Source: Salinirubrum litoreum
GTDB lineage: Archaea > Halobacteriota > Halobacteria > Halobacteriales > Haloferacaceae
NCBI RefSeq assembly: GCF_020567425.1
Contig: NZ_JAJCVJ010000002.1
Coordinates: forward strand, 535,068-599,067
Length of the DNA: 64,000 bases
Direction of reading: 5' to 3'
The notes beneath the pieces are model-generated. The model worked only from the letters and a program-made list of their open reading frames with translations, did no database searches and had not been told where the DNA came from. The translations under genes and the position numbers were made by a program. Below, piece by piece: positions 62,708 to 64,000 of this stretch; the stretch's first letter is position 1; every line of letters starts with the position of its first letter.

Positions 62708-63427
62708 GTGGCAGACAGTATCGACCCCGCGGTCAGCGACACCGACGACCCGGCCGAGCGCAGAGACGAGATCGTCGCCGCCGTGACCGACCACGCCGGC
62801 CAGATCGCCTACCAACTCGCCCGCCTGCAGGGTGGCGACTACGGCGCGCGCGACTTCGACACGAAGACGGCGACGTGGACCGTCAAGTACGAGGCCGGAT
62901 CGCTCCAGTACCTCCGGTACGACGGCGGCCGGGACGATGTCTACGTCGTCTCCCAGCACGGCCCGCCCGACCCCGAGGACCTCGCCGACGCGGTGCGCGA
63001 CTACCCGAACTTCGTCCGGGCGTACAACGACTACGTCCGGAGTCTCGACGGGGTGCTGGACGACGTGACCACCGACTTCCCCGACCCGGAATCGACCGAG
63101 TCGGTCGTCGCCGAACGCGACCGGGTACTGGATCGCGTGCGAGAACTCTGTACCGAGATCGCCGGGCAACTCTACCGGTTCGAGGGCACCGACTACGACA
63201 CCTTCGCGGTCCGAGTGGGCGGGTCGCGCTGGGAACTGAAACGCGAGATGGATCAGGTGTCGTACCTCCGGGTCGGCGGCGAGGGCGGCGTCTACCTCCT
63301 GTCGCAGTACCAGGCACCCTCGGCACACGACGTCCGCCGACTCGTCGTGGACGTGCCGGCGTTCGTGGAGGCGTACAACGACTACGTCGAGGGTCTCGAC
63401 GCCGACCTCGCCGGCGTCGACGTCTGA
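62708..63427 (+). CDS. hypothetical protein with internal tandem domain duplication
   Basis: Two about 65-aa halves share the pattern W.[LV]K.E...YLR..G...VY[VL][VL]SQ......D..........F....AYNDYV..LD. Confidence 0.5.
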   Translation: MADSIDPAVSDTDDPAERRDEIVAAVTDHAGQIAYQLARLQGGDYGARDFDTKTATWTVKYEAGSLQYLRYDGGRDDVYVVSQHGPPDPEDLADAVRDYPNFVRAYNDYVRSLDGVLDDVTTDFPDPESTESVVAERDRVLDRVRELCTEIAGQLYRFEGTDYDTFAVRVGGSRWELKREMDQVSYLRVGGEGGVYLLSQYQAPSAHDVRRLVVDVPAFVEAYNDYVEGLDADLAGVDV

Positions 63428-63561
63428 GCCGCTGGCCGCGTTACGCCGGCAACCGTCCAGTTCTGGTCGCCTGTCGGCACACGATCCGACACTTCCGAAC
63501 ATATATTCAGAAATAACTTCCACGAATTTTATTACTCGCGTTGTCGTAGGTCAGTAACGCG

Positions 63562-64000
63562 ATGTCCGACGACAACAGCGACAGGGGAGCATCGGGAATC
63601 GAACGACTGTGGTCGATGGAGCGCCGTCGGCTGTTGCAGTCCGTCGGGGCGGGGGTCGGCGCACTCACGGTCGGGAGCGCCGGAAGCGGACTCGCGTCGG
63701 CGAAGACTGGCTGTGCGAACGGACCGTACGAGGGGAGCTACGAGGCCGGCGTGGTCAACGTCGGGCAGATTCGCGCCGAACAGGCCCGCGAATCCGGCGG
63801 CGGCCCGGACATGGCTGCTGGCTCGCCCGGCGCGACGAGGAGCGCAGGCGGGGCGACGCCACCGAAACAGGCCGCGCAGGCGTCGATGGAGGACGAGGAC
63901 GGTCCACTGACGATCAGACAGGAGTACGACGGCGTGAACTCGCTGGAGACACGTGGCGGGGTACCGTCCGACTCGCAGGTCGCGGTCGGGGACGGGAAGG
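63562..64000 (+). CDS. Tat-secreted protein (5' partial, continues past the window end)
   Basis: MERRRLLQSVGAGVGAL twin-arginine signal; open to the window end; AT-rich promoter at 63490-63540. Confidence 0.5.
   Translation, partial: MSDDNSDRGASGIERLWSMERRRLLQSVGAGVGALTVGSAGSGLASAKTGCANGPYEGSYEAGVVNVGQIRAEQARESGGGPDMAAGSPGATRSAGGATPPKQAAQASMEDEDGPLTIRQEYDGVNSLETRGGVPSDSQVAVGDGK

Overview
This is a GC-rich (~68%) chromosomal segment with an acidic predicted proteome and many Tat signal motifs, which points to a haloarchaeon (class Halobacteria). It is mostly housekeeping DNA.

Recognisable genes and clusters:
- Nucleotide excision repair: uvrC and uvrB.
- The conserved archaeal cluster aIF2-gamma, PIN-domain protein, rpoE', spt4 and a DUF359 dephospho-CoA kinase candidate.
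- pyrG, guaA subunit B and a small Rossmann-like ORF as an operon.
- RNase J followed by GGPP synthase.
- Archaeal CoA biosynthesis genes: pantoate kinase and phosphopantothenate synthetase, with a divergent TetR regulator.
- A thiol-disulfide module: CcdA, a TlpA-like thioredoxin and a DsbA-like lipoprotein.
- Two acyl-CoA synthetases and two enoyl-CoA hydratases.
- Several metallopeptidases (M50, M32, M29, a DUF2342-like HExxH protease, CPBP).
- thiL, gnd and two D-2-hydroxyacid dehydrogenases.
- Two SPFH/stomatin paralogs.
- A vapBC pair next to tRNA-Thr, and a tRNA-Pro.

Features not explained by ordinary genes:
- A family of at least seven dispersed, non-coding, hairpin-rich repeat copies. 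It has a short form of about 290 bp and a composite long form of about 0.9 kb. Conserved modules and hairpin-preserving substitutions between copies suggest a structured RNA or MITE-like element family. Together the copies occupy about 5% of the window.
- An array of three palindromic sites (TCGGC-N4-GCCGA) plus a roughly 190-bp CCACCACC/GACCGACCG microsatellite in the divergent uvrB promoter region.
- A membrane protein whose acidic tail is encoded by nine perfect 27-nt tandem repeats, divergent from an SPFH gene across a 47-bp tandem duplication.
- ACCGGT-containing direct repeats upstream of both SPFH paralogs.
- A low-GC islet carrying a small membrane ORF.
- An unannotated zinc-ribbon micro-ORF.

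No CRISPR array, rRNA gene or obvious transposase was found.
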